From Macrostomum lignano (taxonomy: Eukaryota): a stretch of DNA of 64,000 bases. A model generated the notes under the pieces. The model was not told where the DNA came from and searched no databases. It saw only the letters and a list, made by a program, of their open reading frames with translations. Both the position numbers and the translations under genes were made by a program. Position 1 is the stretch's first letter. The number at the start of each line of letters is the position of its first letter. Location of the stretch: the NCBI GenBank assembly GCA_002269645.1, contig NIVC01000482.1, forward strand, positions 62,001 to 126,000, read 5' to 3'. This document shows, piece by piece, positions 1 through 32,030 of the stretch.

Positions 1-2502
1 ATATCAATATAATCTATCAATCTTAATTGGCAACAATTATTTTTCTATTTCATTTCAGCCTAACATTACATGGCCCATCCTCAAACTTGGATGTCACCTT
101 GGTCTTGCCTTTGAAGAAGCATGCAAAGCTACTTGGAATTTGAATATAATATCTAGAATGCTACCTTTTGTGAAGCAATGGTAAGTTTTAGTTATAAACT
201 GATTTTTTTCTGTCATCAAAATCTGTTATAAGATCAAAATCTATCAAAATCTATTACAAAATCTATCATCAATCTGTTATAAAATTCTGTAATTTAACCC
301 CTTTCTTTTCTAAGGTTTCTCACCTAACCTGAAGAAGCAGCATTCTGGCAATTGGCAGCAGCATGTTTCTGACTGTTCTAATTCTGGTGCATTATATTAT
401 TGTTAATTAAATAATGCTATTGACAATGTCAATTTCAAATTATATATTATATCATATGTGCAGCGCAACTTTAAAGATATCAATATCTATATCAGTGTGT
501 TTATTCTTTGTGTGCCAGTGACTCACTACTGTATATAAATACACCTTACTTATTGAGACATCCTTTTTGAATATATTTTTGTGCAGAAATATTTTTTCGC
601 TATAGCTAGTGTTTTTATCTGTGTTTCAGTTTCTTTTATATGGTATTGAGATCTGGGGTTCATATGAAATTTTGAGATCTGATATTATTTTGAGATTTAG
701 GATGCAACAATTTATTATGGCAACCAGTATAATGGCTGTTTACTCAATGACAATGTGGATTCTATGTGAAATACATAATTACTTCCATGTGGATCTTCCA
801 TGTGGAATCCATATCTCAATTCCACATGGATGGACGGAGACAAATGCACATATGGATTTCATATGAAAAATCCACATGGAATCCATATACTTTTTTTCAC
901 TGGGTACTTACCTATTTGCAGCTTTTTTAGCCTTGCAAGCTTTTTTTCAAAATAGTAGTAGTGACCGTACTAATTTATATTCAAGTGTGATTTAAAGAGA
1001 TGAATTGTAGTATATTCTACGATAGTTTTATAAATAAAACTTTCCTGAATGACATTCGCATTATTTTTTATTTGGTAACTTCTTTTATTATTATCAGTTC
1101 CTGCTCTTTCGCTTTTACATGTATCGTGTTAGATTATATCATGTTTTAATGTTAAGAATGTCGATCTTTAACCTACGATCTTCAAATTATAATTATTTTA
1201 CTGTTTCAATTTACAAAATTATGTAGAAAATTGACTCATTTGCAATGAGACATCGTTTTTTATTTTTGAAAGTCGTAAAAAGGTCTACTTTTGTTGCGTC
1301 CAATATTTTTGTTATTTTTGTTACTTTTAGAAAAGAAGATCGATTCATAGCAAAACATCTTTTGTCCGTGACAATGACAATTTTACTCAAATAAGGTAGT
1401 GGTTTATAAAACTGAAGAAGGAATTCATTCTTTAAAAAATGTGCTGTTGAATTTGAGTTTAATCGTTCGTTCTACACGTACGGTAAATGAGCACGAGTTT
1501 CAATTGGCCATGACAGTTTGCTTAATTCACTTAATCTCACATTCACGATAGCTTACTTTTAGTAAGGTTTAGCTGCAAAAGTACATGTACGCTCGTACAT
1601 TAAATTTTTTCCTTTACGATCCCGTGGGAGTTGGGATTGAGGGCCAGCCACAATTGCGCTCGTAGAAAAGGCCTACAGTTTTATAAGCAAAAATGAGATC
1701 AATTAAAATTGCGCAACACAAGAATTTGTCTATGGCAAAACCCCATTTAGCCCTATGCGTTCTCTAGGGTATTCTAACTAAATGCACTATGGCTATAGGA
1801 CAAATATACCTTCCAGCCACCAGCTCCTTTCTAAAAACCGAATGTAGCGTTTGTTCTCAAATTTTATTTTTGCAAAAATCGGAAGAAGAATTAGTTAGTA
1901 CAGTACATGTGCGTACTGTATACCGCAAAAGCTAGAAAAATTAGCTTTTTCTAATTTTCAGTGGTCCAAAACACCGTCTTCTACGAGCGTAATTGAGTTT
2001 CTGATTTCTTAGTACTGAACCGTGAGGTATCATGCCAGAGGTCTACTGCATGCAAAACTTCAGAAAAAAATTCTGCGTGCTCAAAAATTTTCAATTGTTC
2101 TACTTAAAAACAGAAATTATGGAGAAATATTTAAAGAAAATAATTAAAAAAATTCTGCTCTGAGGAATTTTCTACGAATGGAATTTTTTGAAGTAGTTTC
2201 AGGCACTTGACTGCAGCTGCACAGCTGGCCGATCCCCAGTTGATTCATTCAGCATTCAACAGCCCAAATGCATGCAGGCGGTAATCCTGGCGGAGGTCTC
2301 TGCCCTCCAATTCTCTTCCCTGTGCTCGTAGGAGAAATCAATCAATACTATGGCCCCAGAAATATTTCACAAGCAAAATTGTATCTGTGCGATTCCAATT
2401 GGTTGCTATTATGGATACAAAATTTGCACCGCTCACGGGCGGCAGAGAAGCAAGTTTAAGCAAACCTGTGCGCGAATGGTGGGGGCGGGCGTGAGAGTAA
2501 GA

Positions 2503-2770
<268 letters not shown>

Positions 2771-2945
2771 CAAAACCCCGAAACCAAAGACAGAATTGAG
2801 TTCTTCTCATGTAGTTTTATTGTTGAAGCTCTGCTATCACTCGTAACTACAGTGAAGCGACTTTGCTCTGTGTGCTCTGAGATTTCTCTCTTTGAGTCAA
2901 TTTAATTCTCTGTCATTTCCTTTGTTAAAAAGCAACAGATCAAGG

Positions 2946-5900
2946 ATGCCAGTAGATTGCGGATCCAAGCTGCAGAGTTTCGGCAGCAAGTTGTTGCGAA
3001 AGAAGAGCCTGGCAGAGGCCAGATCGTTGGAGACGCCGCTAGATCGGTGCCTGACTGTGTGGCACCTGCTGTTTTATGCTATCGCTCACATGGCCGGAGC
3101 TGGAGTGTACGTGCTCACCGGAGCAGTGGTCAAGAGCAACGCCGGTAAGCGCGCGTTCACATTATTGCACCGAAGCCCGGAAACGCCACGTCCGTTTCTG
3201 TTGGTGCGGTCAGCAGGACTTAACCATAGGACCCATTTTACACTCTGCTATGCAAAGTCTGTCCAGCCAAGAACGGCCAAGAACAACTCTTTGTCTGTAT
3301 GAAAGCTGTACATTAGCAAAAGTTGCATTACCACTGACATACACAGCAGCTCAGATTCACGCCCGCGGGAGGGCCAACCCTCTATAGGGCACGGAGAGCT
3401 GTACATTTCTAACGATGAGAAGTCAGGGCTGCTGTACAACCCTGTGCTAGCATGTTCCTGTTTACGTTTCCGTGTGAGCCTAATAGGTTACCATAGGGGA
3501 GTCCTTGGTTTGAAATATGATTTAAAGAATCGTCACTCCTCAGGTCCTGGCGCATTCGTCAGCTACTTGATCTGCGGAGTGGCCTCTCTGTTTACCGGAC
3601 TCTGCTACGTCGAGTTTGCCACCCTGGTGCCGAAGGCTGGCAGCTGCTACACCTACACCTACCTGATGCTTGGCGAACTGCCGGCCTTCGTTGTTGGCTG
3701 GACAATGCTGTCTGATTACATCATCGGCATGGCCTCAGTTGCTAAGGCATTCAGCGGCACGGTTGACGCGCTTTGCAACCACACTGTGAGCGGCTTCTTC
3801 AAACAGCACATGGGAACTTTTCATCACGGACCGTCTCAGGTGAGTTCCGATTGGGATGTGGCAAATGGAGACGCGTTTAGATTAGGGGTGAGAGAGATGA
3901 AAGGAGATAAGAGAAGAGATGAGAGAGAAGATGAAAGAAGAGAGTAGAAAGGCAATCGAAACGTGTGAAGAGAGGATCGAGAGAAGAGGGGAGAGAAGGT
4001 ATGAGAGAGCTGAGAGATTGCCGAGCTCTGTGCCAGGGTTGGCACATTTTTTCACCTCAAGTGTCAGCTAGAGAACCTAGCGCAAGACTGCGGGCCAGAG
4101 GAGGGGAGAGAGAAGAGAGAAGAGAGGAGAGAGAAGAAAGAAGAGAGGAGAGAGAGGAGGGGAGAGAGGAGAGAGAAGAGAGGAGAGAGAAGATAGAAGA
4201 GATGAGAGAGAAGAAAGAAGAGAGGAGAGAGAGGAGGGGAGAGAGGAGAGAGAAGAGAGGAGAGAGAAGAGAGAAGAGAGAAGAGAGGAGAGAGAAGAGA
4301 GGAGAGAGAAGAGAGGAGAGAGAAGAGAGAAGAGAGGAGAGAGAAGAGAGAAGAGAGAAGAGAGGAGAGAGAAGAGAGAAGAGAGGAGAGAGAAGAGAAG
4401 AGAGGAGAGAGAAGAGAGAAGAGAGGAGAGAGAGGAGGGGAGAGAGGGGAGAAGGCAGAGAAGAGAGAGGAAAGAGGAAAGCGGATAAAAAAGAGAGATG
4501 GCGAGGTGAGAGAAGTTATAAGAGAGCTGAGAAGGGACACAAATCTTGCGCAGGCCGGATTGCTATTGTGAAGTTTCAAAGGACCCGATGGCCGGAAAGA
4601 GATGCTTTATGGGCCACAATGTGACCCGAGGGACTGTACGAGCTATGCCGACCCCTGGTGTAGGCCAAACACTCCAAAGAGTTTTTTTATAAACATAGTT
4701 TATATTCTTATTTCTTTTTAACGTAGGTTAACTGCAGCTCCAAGCCCCCTTCTGAGTCATACAGATGATGTGCAGAATACTAGGGGAGGGGCAGCCTAAT
4801 GCGTTCACTCTCTCCAGAGCGAGGACAAGTCTGTTTAGTTACTGCATGCTCTGCTTGCTCTGCTTTGTCAACTACTCTAGTTGCGGTCCCTCACTGCGAA
4901 GATTCAATTTATGCTTGTAAATGTTAATAAAACAATTGAAGCATTGCTTTCATCATCACCTTGAGTGGACAGAGTTCCAATCGAAAACAACTAGCATCAA
5001 GACCCAGAACGATGAGCGTGTGTGTTAAAATGTGTCTGCAAGCTTTTATAACTCAAGGACCAGGTAAAGAACCTTGCTAATGGCTGCAGACCGGATGAAA
5101 GGAGAGGAGAGACAATAGAGGAGAGAAAGAAGAGAATAGAGGAGAGAAAGAAGAGAGGAGATAAGAAAAACGAGCGAAAGGAGAGAGAGGATCGAGAGAA
5201 GGTATAAGAGAGCTGAGAAGAGACCTTGAGCGGGGCGGATTGCCATGGTGAAGTTTTAAAGGGTTTGCCGACACCTGCCCTAACCTTAGATAATTAAAAC
5301 CGTAGCCCTAACTAAAGACTAGCCCTCACATAAACTGTCACAGGTCAACTAGCGGGCAGCCAATTACCGAACTTCTTCATATTTGACCCCGACAGATTTT
5401 CGACGACACCTGGGACATGGTGGCCGTCGCCCTAATCCTGAGCCTCATGCTGCTCGTCGTTGCCGGCGCGAACTTCTCCCTGTCGGTGAACATCGGCCTG
5501 AGCGTCCTTCAGCTGCTGTGCCTCGCCACTGTGGCCGTGGCCGCCTTCGTCTACGGCAGCGCCGCCAACTGGACGGCGGGCGGCGGCTTCTTCCCGTACG
5601 GCATCTCCGGCGTTGTCCAAGGCGCCACGGTGGCCATTTTTGCCTACTCGGGCTTCGAGAGCGTCAGCAACGCGGCTGAAGAGTGCCGGAATCCCAGGCG
5701 CGACCTGCCGATAGCCCTGCTCAGCAGCCTGGGCATCATCGCCGTGCTGTACGTGGCCGCCTGCTTGGGCATCTCCTACCTAGAGCCCTACTACGAGCTC
5801 GACGTCAACTCGCCATTTGTCTCGGCGTTCAGTCGCCGCGGCGCCTACTGGGCGGAGGGCTTCGCAGCGGCTGGCACCCTGCTGGCCACCGGTGCCACCA

Positions 5901-8039
5901 AGCTGGCCACCATGTATGTGATACCTCGCATGGCCTACGCTCTGGCTAGCGACGGCGTCATCTTGAAGTGCTTCGCCAACGTCAACGAGCGAGTTCGGGT
6001 GCCGCTGCCTGGCCTATTCTGTGGCACCGCTCTGGCCGCAGTGTTGGCCATGTTCTTCAAGCTGGAGTTCCTCGCTGACATGGTCAGCATGGGGATTCTG
6101 CTGTCCTACTTTGCTGTCGGCTTGGACCTGTTCGTGCTGCGGTACCTGCACTTCGCTTCGGGCGACAAGGTGGGTTTAGCTCAAACCAACTCAAATTTAG
6201 ACTATTTGTTACTTGAGTTCTGCTGCTTTTTGGTAGGCTACATTAAATGTTCTAGAAAAAAATTCAACCTGAGTCACTGTCGATAAACTCAGCTCAACTG
6301 GAGATATTGTCGATCTGTCGATCGATAAGGCCAACTGTAAGACGTTCTGTCAGTCGATTTGCATACTCAACTCGAGACTCTCTATCCATCGATTGACTCA
6401 ACTCAGGACTTTCTCTATCCACCGAGAGACTTAACTCAGGACTTTCTCTATCCACCGAGAGACTCAACTCAGGACTTTCTCTATCCACCGAGAGACTTAA
6501 CTCAGGACTTTCTCTATCCACCGAGAGACTCAACTCGGGACTTTCTATCCATCGATTGACTCAACTCAGGACTTTCTCTATCCACCGAGAGACTTAACTC
6601 AGGACTTTCTCTATCCACCGAGAGACTCAACTCAGGACTTTCTCTATCCATCGATTGACTCAACTCAGGACTTTCTCTATCCACCGAGAGACTTAACTCA
6701 GGACTTTCTCTATCCACCGAGAGACTTAACTCAGGACTTTCTCTATCCACCGAGAGACTTAACTCAGGACTTTCTCTATCCATCGATAGACTCAACTCAG
6801 GACTTTCTCTATCCATCGAGAGACTCAACTCAGGACTTTCTCTATCCACCGATTGACTCAACTCAGGACTTTCTCTATCCACCGACCAATCTGCCGGATC
6901 TTAACTGCTCATCTGCTCATGCACTTAGCAATATTTCTATACTTCCAGTCCAAGGTGCCGCTGCGAGATTGGGCCTCGGGCCGCCTGTCCAGCAGTCTCC
7001 CCTGGCTCGGCACCCTGCCAGGCCTGAAGCGTCTGCTGGGAGGCTTCGTGGTCGCCTGCTTCCTCTGCGGCGGGGCCGTGGACTACGCCGTACCCCAGCT
7101 GACCTGGTGGTCCTGGCTTCTTGGCTGCATCACCCTGGCGGCAGTCCTGGTCACCGGCGGTCTTCTTTGCGGCTATCAGCCGCACGAAGTTGCCGAGATG
7201 TACGAATCTCCGCTGATGCCCCTGTCGCCACTGACCACAATCTTCATCAATGCGGTGATGATAGTGAAAATGCAGTTCTACACCTGGCTGAGGTTTCTAC
7301 TGTGGATTGGAGTCGGTTAGTGCGAATCTAGTTAATGTTTTTCAGTCACTGGTGTGGTTCGATTCCCTTCGCGGCCACACGCAGCTTCTTCAAGTGAATG
7401 GATAATTAGGGCCAGCCTCTCAAGACACAGATAGTGCGCATGCCCGATGGTGCTGAGAAAGTCTGGGCAGCTGTACACCCTCGTGAGCGTGTGCCTGACT
7501 GCATGCTTGCCTCCTTGATTGTCGCGTGTTGGGGTCGGCTTGTTGATTTAATTGCAGTGCCCAAAAAGATCGCTCTGAATAATCAATGGACTGCAGAAGT
7601 TTCATAATCATTCGATTAATATTTTATAGCACTTACAAGTTAAGTAGGGTTGGCCGCGGTTAGCAAGCATCTTAAACGTGGCAAATTGAGTTGCAGCTCC
7701 ATTTGGTCGAAGCTCTGAGGCTGCGTTAGAAATTGTCTATCTCTGACCATATGCAGCCGGTAAATTTCATTTCCGTTTTAAAATGTACTTTTTTCTGGAA
7801 TTTTGCAAGCACCATGTTAATCGGAATTCTCCGAACTCACTCCAGGCCTCATCCTGTATTTCTCCTACGGCATCCGGCATAGCACAGCTCTGGAGGGAGG
7901 TGACGCGGGCGCAGGAGCCGGTGGCGAATACGTCAGTCTAGATGATACAAAGCCGGAAAAAAATAACGACAACAACGATGGAAAAGATGGCGCCAATTTA
8001 AATGAAGAGAAACGACCGGTTCTCTCGGGGTCTTCTTGA
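2946..8039 (+). CDS. Cationic amino acid transporter (SLC7A1-4/CAT family, APC superfamily), 5 exons, ~609 aa
   Basis: Exons 2946-3144, 3544-3839, 5396-6169, 6949-7315, 7846-8039; all GT-AG and phase-consistent. Motifs: LDRCLT..GAGVYVLTG, GPGAFVSY..GLCYVEFA..VPKAGSCYTYTY..GELPAFVVGW, FAYSGFE..AEE..NPRRDLP, PRMAYALASDG, WLRFLLWIGVG|LILYFSYGIRHS. Confidence 0.93.
4034..4657 (+). mobile_element. hAT-type MITE (CAGGGGTCGGCA-type TIR) with AG-rich core
   Basis: Starts CAGGGTTGGCAC and ends TGCCGACCCCTG. Internal GCGGGCCAG, a ~400-bp AG-rich core, then GAGCTGAGAAG..CCGGATTGC..GTGAAGTTT. Related copies at ~5080-5280, 45755-46281, 47996-49605 and ~58185-58477. Confidence 0.7.
5080..5280 (+). mobile_element. 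Partial copy of the AG-core MITE family (3' part)
   Basis: AG-rich stretch, then GAGAAGGTATAAGAGAGCTGAGAAG..CGGATTGCCATGGTGAAGTTT..GTTTGCCGACACCTG. Confidence 0.6.
6362..6885. repeat. 33-bp minisatellite in transporter intron 3
   Basis: GACTCAACTCAGGACTTTCTCTATCCACCGAGA units. Confidence 0.95.
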
Positions 8040-9119
8040 CGATACAAATTGATGTGATATCTCAGAAAGTTATCCAAATAAAATCAATTTATTTTTAGAT
8101 GGACGTGTTACCCCAAAGCTTGCAATTCGTAGAAAAAGTACGTACCTCGATTGTTATTTGTTTTACCGATTGGAAAATTTTCAATTCTGGATTTTCATGA
8201 GAAATTTTCGAATTTCCTTTTTTGCGATTCCAAAAATCTACGTTAATACACATAATCAAGGTTTATTGGTCATACGAGCTGTAGAATGGTTAACTAATAA
8301 ACATCATATCATATACTCTCTCTTCTAGTCAAATGTACTCTTTACGGAAAACGTATAAATATTTAAATACTTATTTTATCATTCTTATATATTATATGAT
8401 TTATTATATTTTATTTGTATTCATTTTATTTTATTATTGATTTAGTTCTTAGCTTAGCACTTTTAGTCATGTATTTAAAAAATGTAATTAAATTGACCGT
8501 AAAATGTCATTATCTAAAGAAAAAAAATATTTACAAAAATAACTGACCAACATGGATCCATTCGTTTTTATATAAACAAAATGAATAAACTTCGATAGGT
8601 TATAATTAACATAAAGCATGGGATTTAAAACAAAGATAAAAATACATGGTTTTTATTTATTTAATTTTTTAGTGCATTAGCAATACTAGTACTGAAATAG
8701 AGTTCTTAACCAGTACGTAAAAGATCATACAGATTGAATAAGAGTAAAATAATGGATTGCTAATCTCACCCTTAAGTAGGATAACAAAGCGTAGGCTGTA
8801 TATGCTTTTAGTGGCGATCTCTACACAAAACGGATTGCTAGTCTGGCTTACTTGGATAATTTAGCAAATTAACTTTATTGTGAGCGATATTTTTCTGTAA
8901 CACGCGGTAAGGACATCTGATATGTTAATTACAGCCACAATTGACAGTTACAAATCAGATTAAAACAATTTTTGAGTAAAACTATGCAATGGTCCGGATT
9001 GTCTGGCTAATTGAAAATGCACATCAAGCGAGATTCGATTTTAAACAGGATGCGAACAAAAATTAATCGTTTTTACCGGAAAAAGTGCTTATACCAGATG
9101 CAGCAGCATGCAGATTACT

Positions 9120-27518
<18,399 letters not shown>

Positions 27519-27914
27519 GGGCCTGCGCCAGCGATACAGCAGTGACCAATGGGATGTTAGAGTGGCCCGATCTCATTGGCTGAAAGACGCAGTCCTCCCA
27601 TGTGTGACCCTTGGTACCTGCAGTTTCCTGACTGTCCAAAAGCCTGGGGCATCAACGAACGAGGCTCAGTCATCATTTTTTGGGCATTTGGGTTTTACAA
27701 AAGCTAAAAAAACTATTGGACCAACAATACGAGCTAAGTGTTAGAATCATTACAAAATCCCATTTAGCTACGTCTCACTCAGCCCCAGTGGGATAATACG
27801 AGCGTACATAGGCTGAAATGGGGGATCCTGCAGTGTATGTCGACTCAAAATTTCTACTACTACTACTAATACTACTACTACTACTACAATATTCTCATAC
27901 TATACTCATACTAC

Positions 27915-28255
27915 TATTATATTCTTGGAATGTGTACACAGCTATATTCTTGGAGTGTGTGCACAGCTACATTCTTGGAATGTGTACACAGCTATATTCT
28001 TAGAGTGTGCACATGACAGCTACATTCTTGGAATGTTTACCCAGCTAGATTATTGGAATGTGTACACAGCTATATTCTTAGAGTGTGTACATGACAGCTA
28101 CATTCTTGGAATGTTTACCCAGCTAGATTATTGGAATGTGTACACAGCTATATTCTTAGAGTGTGTACATGACAGCTATATTCTTGGAATGTGTACCCAG
28201 CTACATTCTTGGAATGTGTACACAGCTACATTCTTGGAATGCGTACACAGCTAGA
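27915..28255. repeat. 25-bp minisatellite upstream of the POMGnT1-like start
   Basis: ATTCTTGGAATGTGTACACAGCTAT units. Confidence 0.9.
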
Positions 28256-29454
28256 TTAAAATCGACGAGAGTATTGAAAACGGTTGACATATATCAAGGA
28301 CACTGATTGAAACTGAATCTCTTTTCAGCGCACAGGGTTGTACGCGATACTACGAGCTAGCAGATGAAAGTTTAGATCAGTAGTATAAGGATTTACAAAG
28401 TTAAACGCAAGCCACACAAGGCCAGTGTAAATAGTGTGTAAGTTACAGTGTAGAGAGCACGAGATCAGTACACAAGGCAATCATGCCTGTCCGGATCAAA
28501 CAAGCGCAGTGTCGAGGTGTCACACGAGATTGCAAGAAAGTTTTCGGTTGTACTCTGTCAGTCGCCGTTCACCCATACATAAGGATTAAGATGTTCGATC
28601 ATCTCTATAGGTTTTTCATAGAAATTTTTACGGTGAAGGCGGCAAACAAGCCGCTTCCTTGAAAGTCAATCGAAGCTTGCTAGTTTTCTAAGAAATACAC
28701 TGCGTTGAAATTGCTCTCGAATAACAATTAGAACAGGACGCTAGCGTAGGGAGTCGCGCATTGTTGTTTCATCTTGAAAGATTCAAGAGGCACGCATAGA
28801 ACGGGCAGGCTGCTTTGACCTTGTTGAGTTGAGACACGACAAAGCATTTTGCTTGCTGTTCACAAATCATCGTTGAATCACAGCACACTGGTTGTTTGCA
28901 AGAAAGGCACGCGGATGCGTTCATTGATCGAATGAAGCTCTTAGCGGGTCACTTGTAATCTCGAAAATATTGTTGAAAGTCTAGCTTTATTTGTTACTTT
29001 CACTTTACGAGTAGTAAGCAGATAATCTGAAGCGTAATTTTTGTGTAAAAATATCAACACTATTACAGATTATTGAGTCACAGTTGCGCGCGCTTGTACG
29101 TAAGCTATCACCCTTAAAATGCTAGAGTAAGCACTTCTCAAAGTTTCACCAACTGCACTCAATCTAATGGAATTGACAAACCGCGCAACTTCACACCATG
29201 TCCGGCTTTCGAGACCAAACACATTCACCTGTCACTGTCACGGTTTTTCGGTGGTGCAATGAGTGCAAGTGTGGCCGACGCAGCCTTGATGGCGAGGCAG
29301 CTCCATGCGACTTCACATGGGTGCCTCACAACCTCACCGAGGATCGAAAATCGGAAAGTGCGCCGGTGCGAGTTCAAGCCCAAGAGACATTAAGCGACAT
29401 TGTCACGCAACCGGCGAGAGACATTACTGCCCATTCCGCCGACTCCCCTGAGCA

Positions 29455-29560
29455 GGCACACAAGCGTGCGGATACAGACACACAGGAGTTTACAGCGGTC
29501 CTGACTTTATTTATCGTTAGGCATGTACACTTCACTGTAGTGCTTTGGGGGTTGGCCCTC
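29455..29560. repeat. Dispersed repeat (LTR-like remnant), second copy at ~45250-45355
   Basis: Shared CAAGCRTGCGGATAC..ACAGGAGT.TACAGCGG.CCT..TTTATTTATYGTTAGGCATGTACACTTCACTG..TTGGGGGTT; AATAAA on the minus strand. Confidence 0.6.
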
Positions 29561-30334
29561 AATGGCCTTAATTGCACAAGAAGACCAAAGCCGTGATTAC
29601 AATTTAGCTCCAAAACTAATGTGACTGCACTTGGAATCGAGCCTGGTCCGCTGGCACATCAAAGCGCCGCGCCGTAGACCACTGGGCTACGGCGCCTCCA
29701 GGCTGGAGCCTGCACGCAGTGTAGTGTCAGCATGTGCTACGCATATTGTAAGCTGCATTTTTCTTGGTCTCTCCCACCTCTTTTTTGATTCGTGTCTAAA
29801 TCACAAAAATGTCTGTGCGCAGGTCGTATTGTGTAAAATTGCAAATACCATTGGCAAGATATACAATAGCTGGTATGATGTTTAATATTAGGCATGAAAT
29901 TATACACATACTTGTCACATTACAAGCAAGATAAAGCTTGCAGTGGAAACTGTATTTATGTAGCTATTTTTTTTACTGAAATATGCTTATTTTTACGCAA
30001 AAAAGCATAAGACAAGACAAAAATTAGAACAAAAAGCAAATTACACAAGTAACATAGATTTTCAAAATAGGATTATAAATAGTTGAAGCATAGATCAATA
30101 GACCAATGTTTATCATCCTTTAAAGATTGACAGTGAAGGTGGACAGAAAGCAGTTAAAAAATCATTTTTGCTGGATTAAATATATAATCTCTCAGATAAA
30201 AACATGTAGTCAATATGCGTGTATTGATGAAGATTTCTGGTGCGACGTCAAATAAGCAATAATTTCACATAGAAACTTTTGTAACTTAATGAGAATGCCT
30301 GATAAAATAATAAGTTAACCACTCCAACCTCACT

Positions 30335-30890
30335 TTACGTTCATTGACTGATAAGATAAGAGTTATCCATTTCAAACCTCACTCAACTTTCATTGGCTGA
30401 TAAGATAAGAGTTAACCATTCAAAACCTCACTCGACTCTCATTGGCTGATAAGATAAGAGTTAACCATTCAAATCCTCACTCGACTCTCATTGGCTGATA
30501 AGATAAGAGTTAACCATTCCAAACCTCACTCGACTCTCATTGGCTGATAAGATAAGAGTTAACCATTCCAAACCTCACTCGACTCTCATTGGCTGATAAG
30601 ATAAGAGTTAACCATTCAAAACCTCACTCGACTCTCATTGGCTGATAAGATAAGAGTTAACCATTCAAAACCTCACTCGACTCTCATTGGCTGATAAGAT
30701 AAGAGTTAACCATTCCAAACCTCACTCGACTCTCATTGGCTGATAAGATAAGAGTTAACCATTCCAAACCTCACTCGACTCTCATTGGCTGATAAGATAA
30801 GAGTTAACCATTCCAAACCTCACTCGACTCTCATTGGCTGATAAGATAAGAGTTATCCATTCCAAGCCTTACTTAACTCTCATTGGCCGA
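30335..30890. repeat. 49-bp minisatellite just downstream of the CHMP6 stop
   Basis: CATTGGCTGATAAGATAAGAGTTAACCATTCCAAACCTCACTCGACTCT, about 11 copies. Confidence 0.96.
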
Positions 30891-30967
30891 TACAAATTTA
30901 ACACCCAATCGAACAAAACGCTCAGGGGCCGTCGCCGGCAAGCAATAATCTTTCGGATACCCAGGCC

Positions 30968-31609
30968 TCAACTTGCTGGCACAGCTTCGCGTTTCTTGGC
31001 TTCAGATCGCGGTTTCTGCTTCTGACCGGCGGCGACATCTTCGGCTTGGTCGGGCAGCTGGTCAGTTGGCACGCTGGGCAGCTTGGCCGTCTCAGTCTCA
31101 GTCTGAGCCAGCAGAGCGTCCAGCTCAGCCTCGCATTCGTTCTCGTCATCCTCGGTGAGTTTCCCACCGGAGAGCAGGGCGTCAACCTGTCGCTGATACT
31201 CAACAGCCTCCTGAGTCTCGTCGAGTACGGCCTCGACTCGCTCCAGACTCAGGAAGGCGTTCAACTCTTTCAGCGCCTTGTTGCCAGCCTCCAGTCCGGC
31301 AACCACCTGACTCTGCACCTGAGCGAACTCGATATCCTGCACCAGCCGTTCCAGATTGTCCAACTGTTGATCGGCTTTCTCTAGCAGAGTCTCCTGGCGT
31401 TTCTTCTTTCTTAGAAGAAGCAACGCTTTGTCTTTGCGCCCGGCGTCCAGCAGTTGCTTAGCAGCGGCTTTGTCAGCCTTCATATGATTCTCAACTCGAC
31501 GTTGATATTTTTTCAGCTCATCGCGTTGATGCTTCAACTGCAGCACGGCGCGGTCCTGCTCCGTGACAGAGGCCGCCTTCGGCTGCTTCTTGCTAAATAT
31601 GCTGCCCAT
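30968..31609 (-). CDS. CHMP6: ESCRT-III subunit CHMP6/VPS20 (Snf7 family), single exon, 213 aa
   Basis: MGSIFSKK myristoylation-type start; TEQDRAVLQLKHQRDELKKYQ, KDKALLLLRKKK.QETLLEK, LERLVQDIEFAQ, GNKALKEL, VEAVLDETQEAVEYQRQVDALL. Confidence 0.96.
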   Translation of the reverse strand: MGSIFSKKQPKAASVTEQDRAVLQLKHQRDELKKYQRRVENHMKADKAAAKQLLDAGRKDKALLLLRKKKRQETLLEKADQQLDNLERLVQDIEFAQVQSQVVAGLEAGNKALKELNAFLSLERVEAVLDETQEAVEYQRQVDALLSGGKLTEDDENECEAELDALLAQTETETAKLPSVPTDQLPDQAEDVAAGQKQKPRSEAKKREAVPAS

Positions 31610-31734
31610 GCAAGTAAATCGAGATAAAATACTCTTAAATACTGCTTTCAGTAGAATAGAGGCTAATGTATAATCTAACTAATCCAGTGGTCTATTTAAA
31701 ACTAATAATATCTGCCTCAAATCTGAAGCTGTTT

Positions 31735-32030
31735 TGCCAACCAAGGACTCCTAAATAGTAGCAACTGGACGGACATGGGTTATAAAGCCTAAGACTACAA
31801 TATAGTAGCATCTGGAAAAGGCATAGGTAATAAAGTCAAGGACTCTTAAATAGTAGCAATTGGACGGAAAATGGGTTATAAAGCCAGCCAAGGACTCCTA
31901 AATAGTAGCAACTGGCCGGGAAACGGGTAATAAAGCCTAAGAGTAAAATAGTAGCACCTTGATGAGAAATGGTAATAAAGGCAACCAAGGACTACTAAAT
32001 AGTAGCAACTGGACGAGAATTAAGCAACAA
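31735..32030. repeat. Degenerate ~48-bp tandem repeat upstream of CHMP6
   Basis: AAGGACTCCTAAATAGTAGCAACTGGACGG..GGGTTATAAAGCC, about 6 copies. Confidence 0.8.

Noticed and set aside
4659-4996. Possible solo LTR (TG...AATAAA...CA)
   Set aside because: No TSD, imperfect terminal repeats and no second copy in the window.
7345-7385. tRNA gene
   Set aside because: Only a B-box-like GGTTCGATTCCC is present; no cloverleaf or acceptor stem can be built.
30335-30890. Regular arrays (49, 35, 33 bp) as CRISPR-like repeats
   Set aside because: Head-to-tail monomers with no unique spacers, in a eukaryotic context, and no cas genes.
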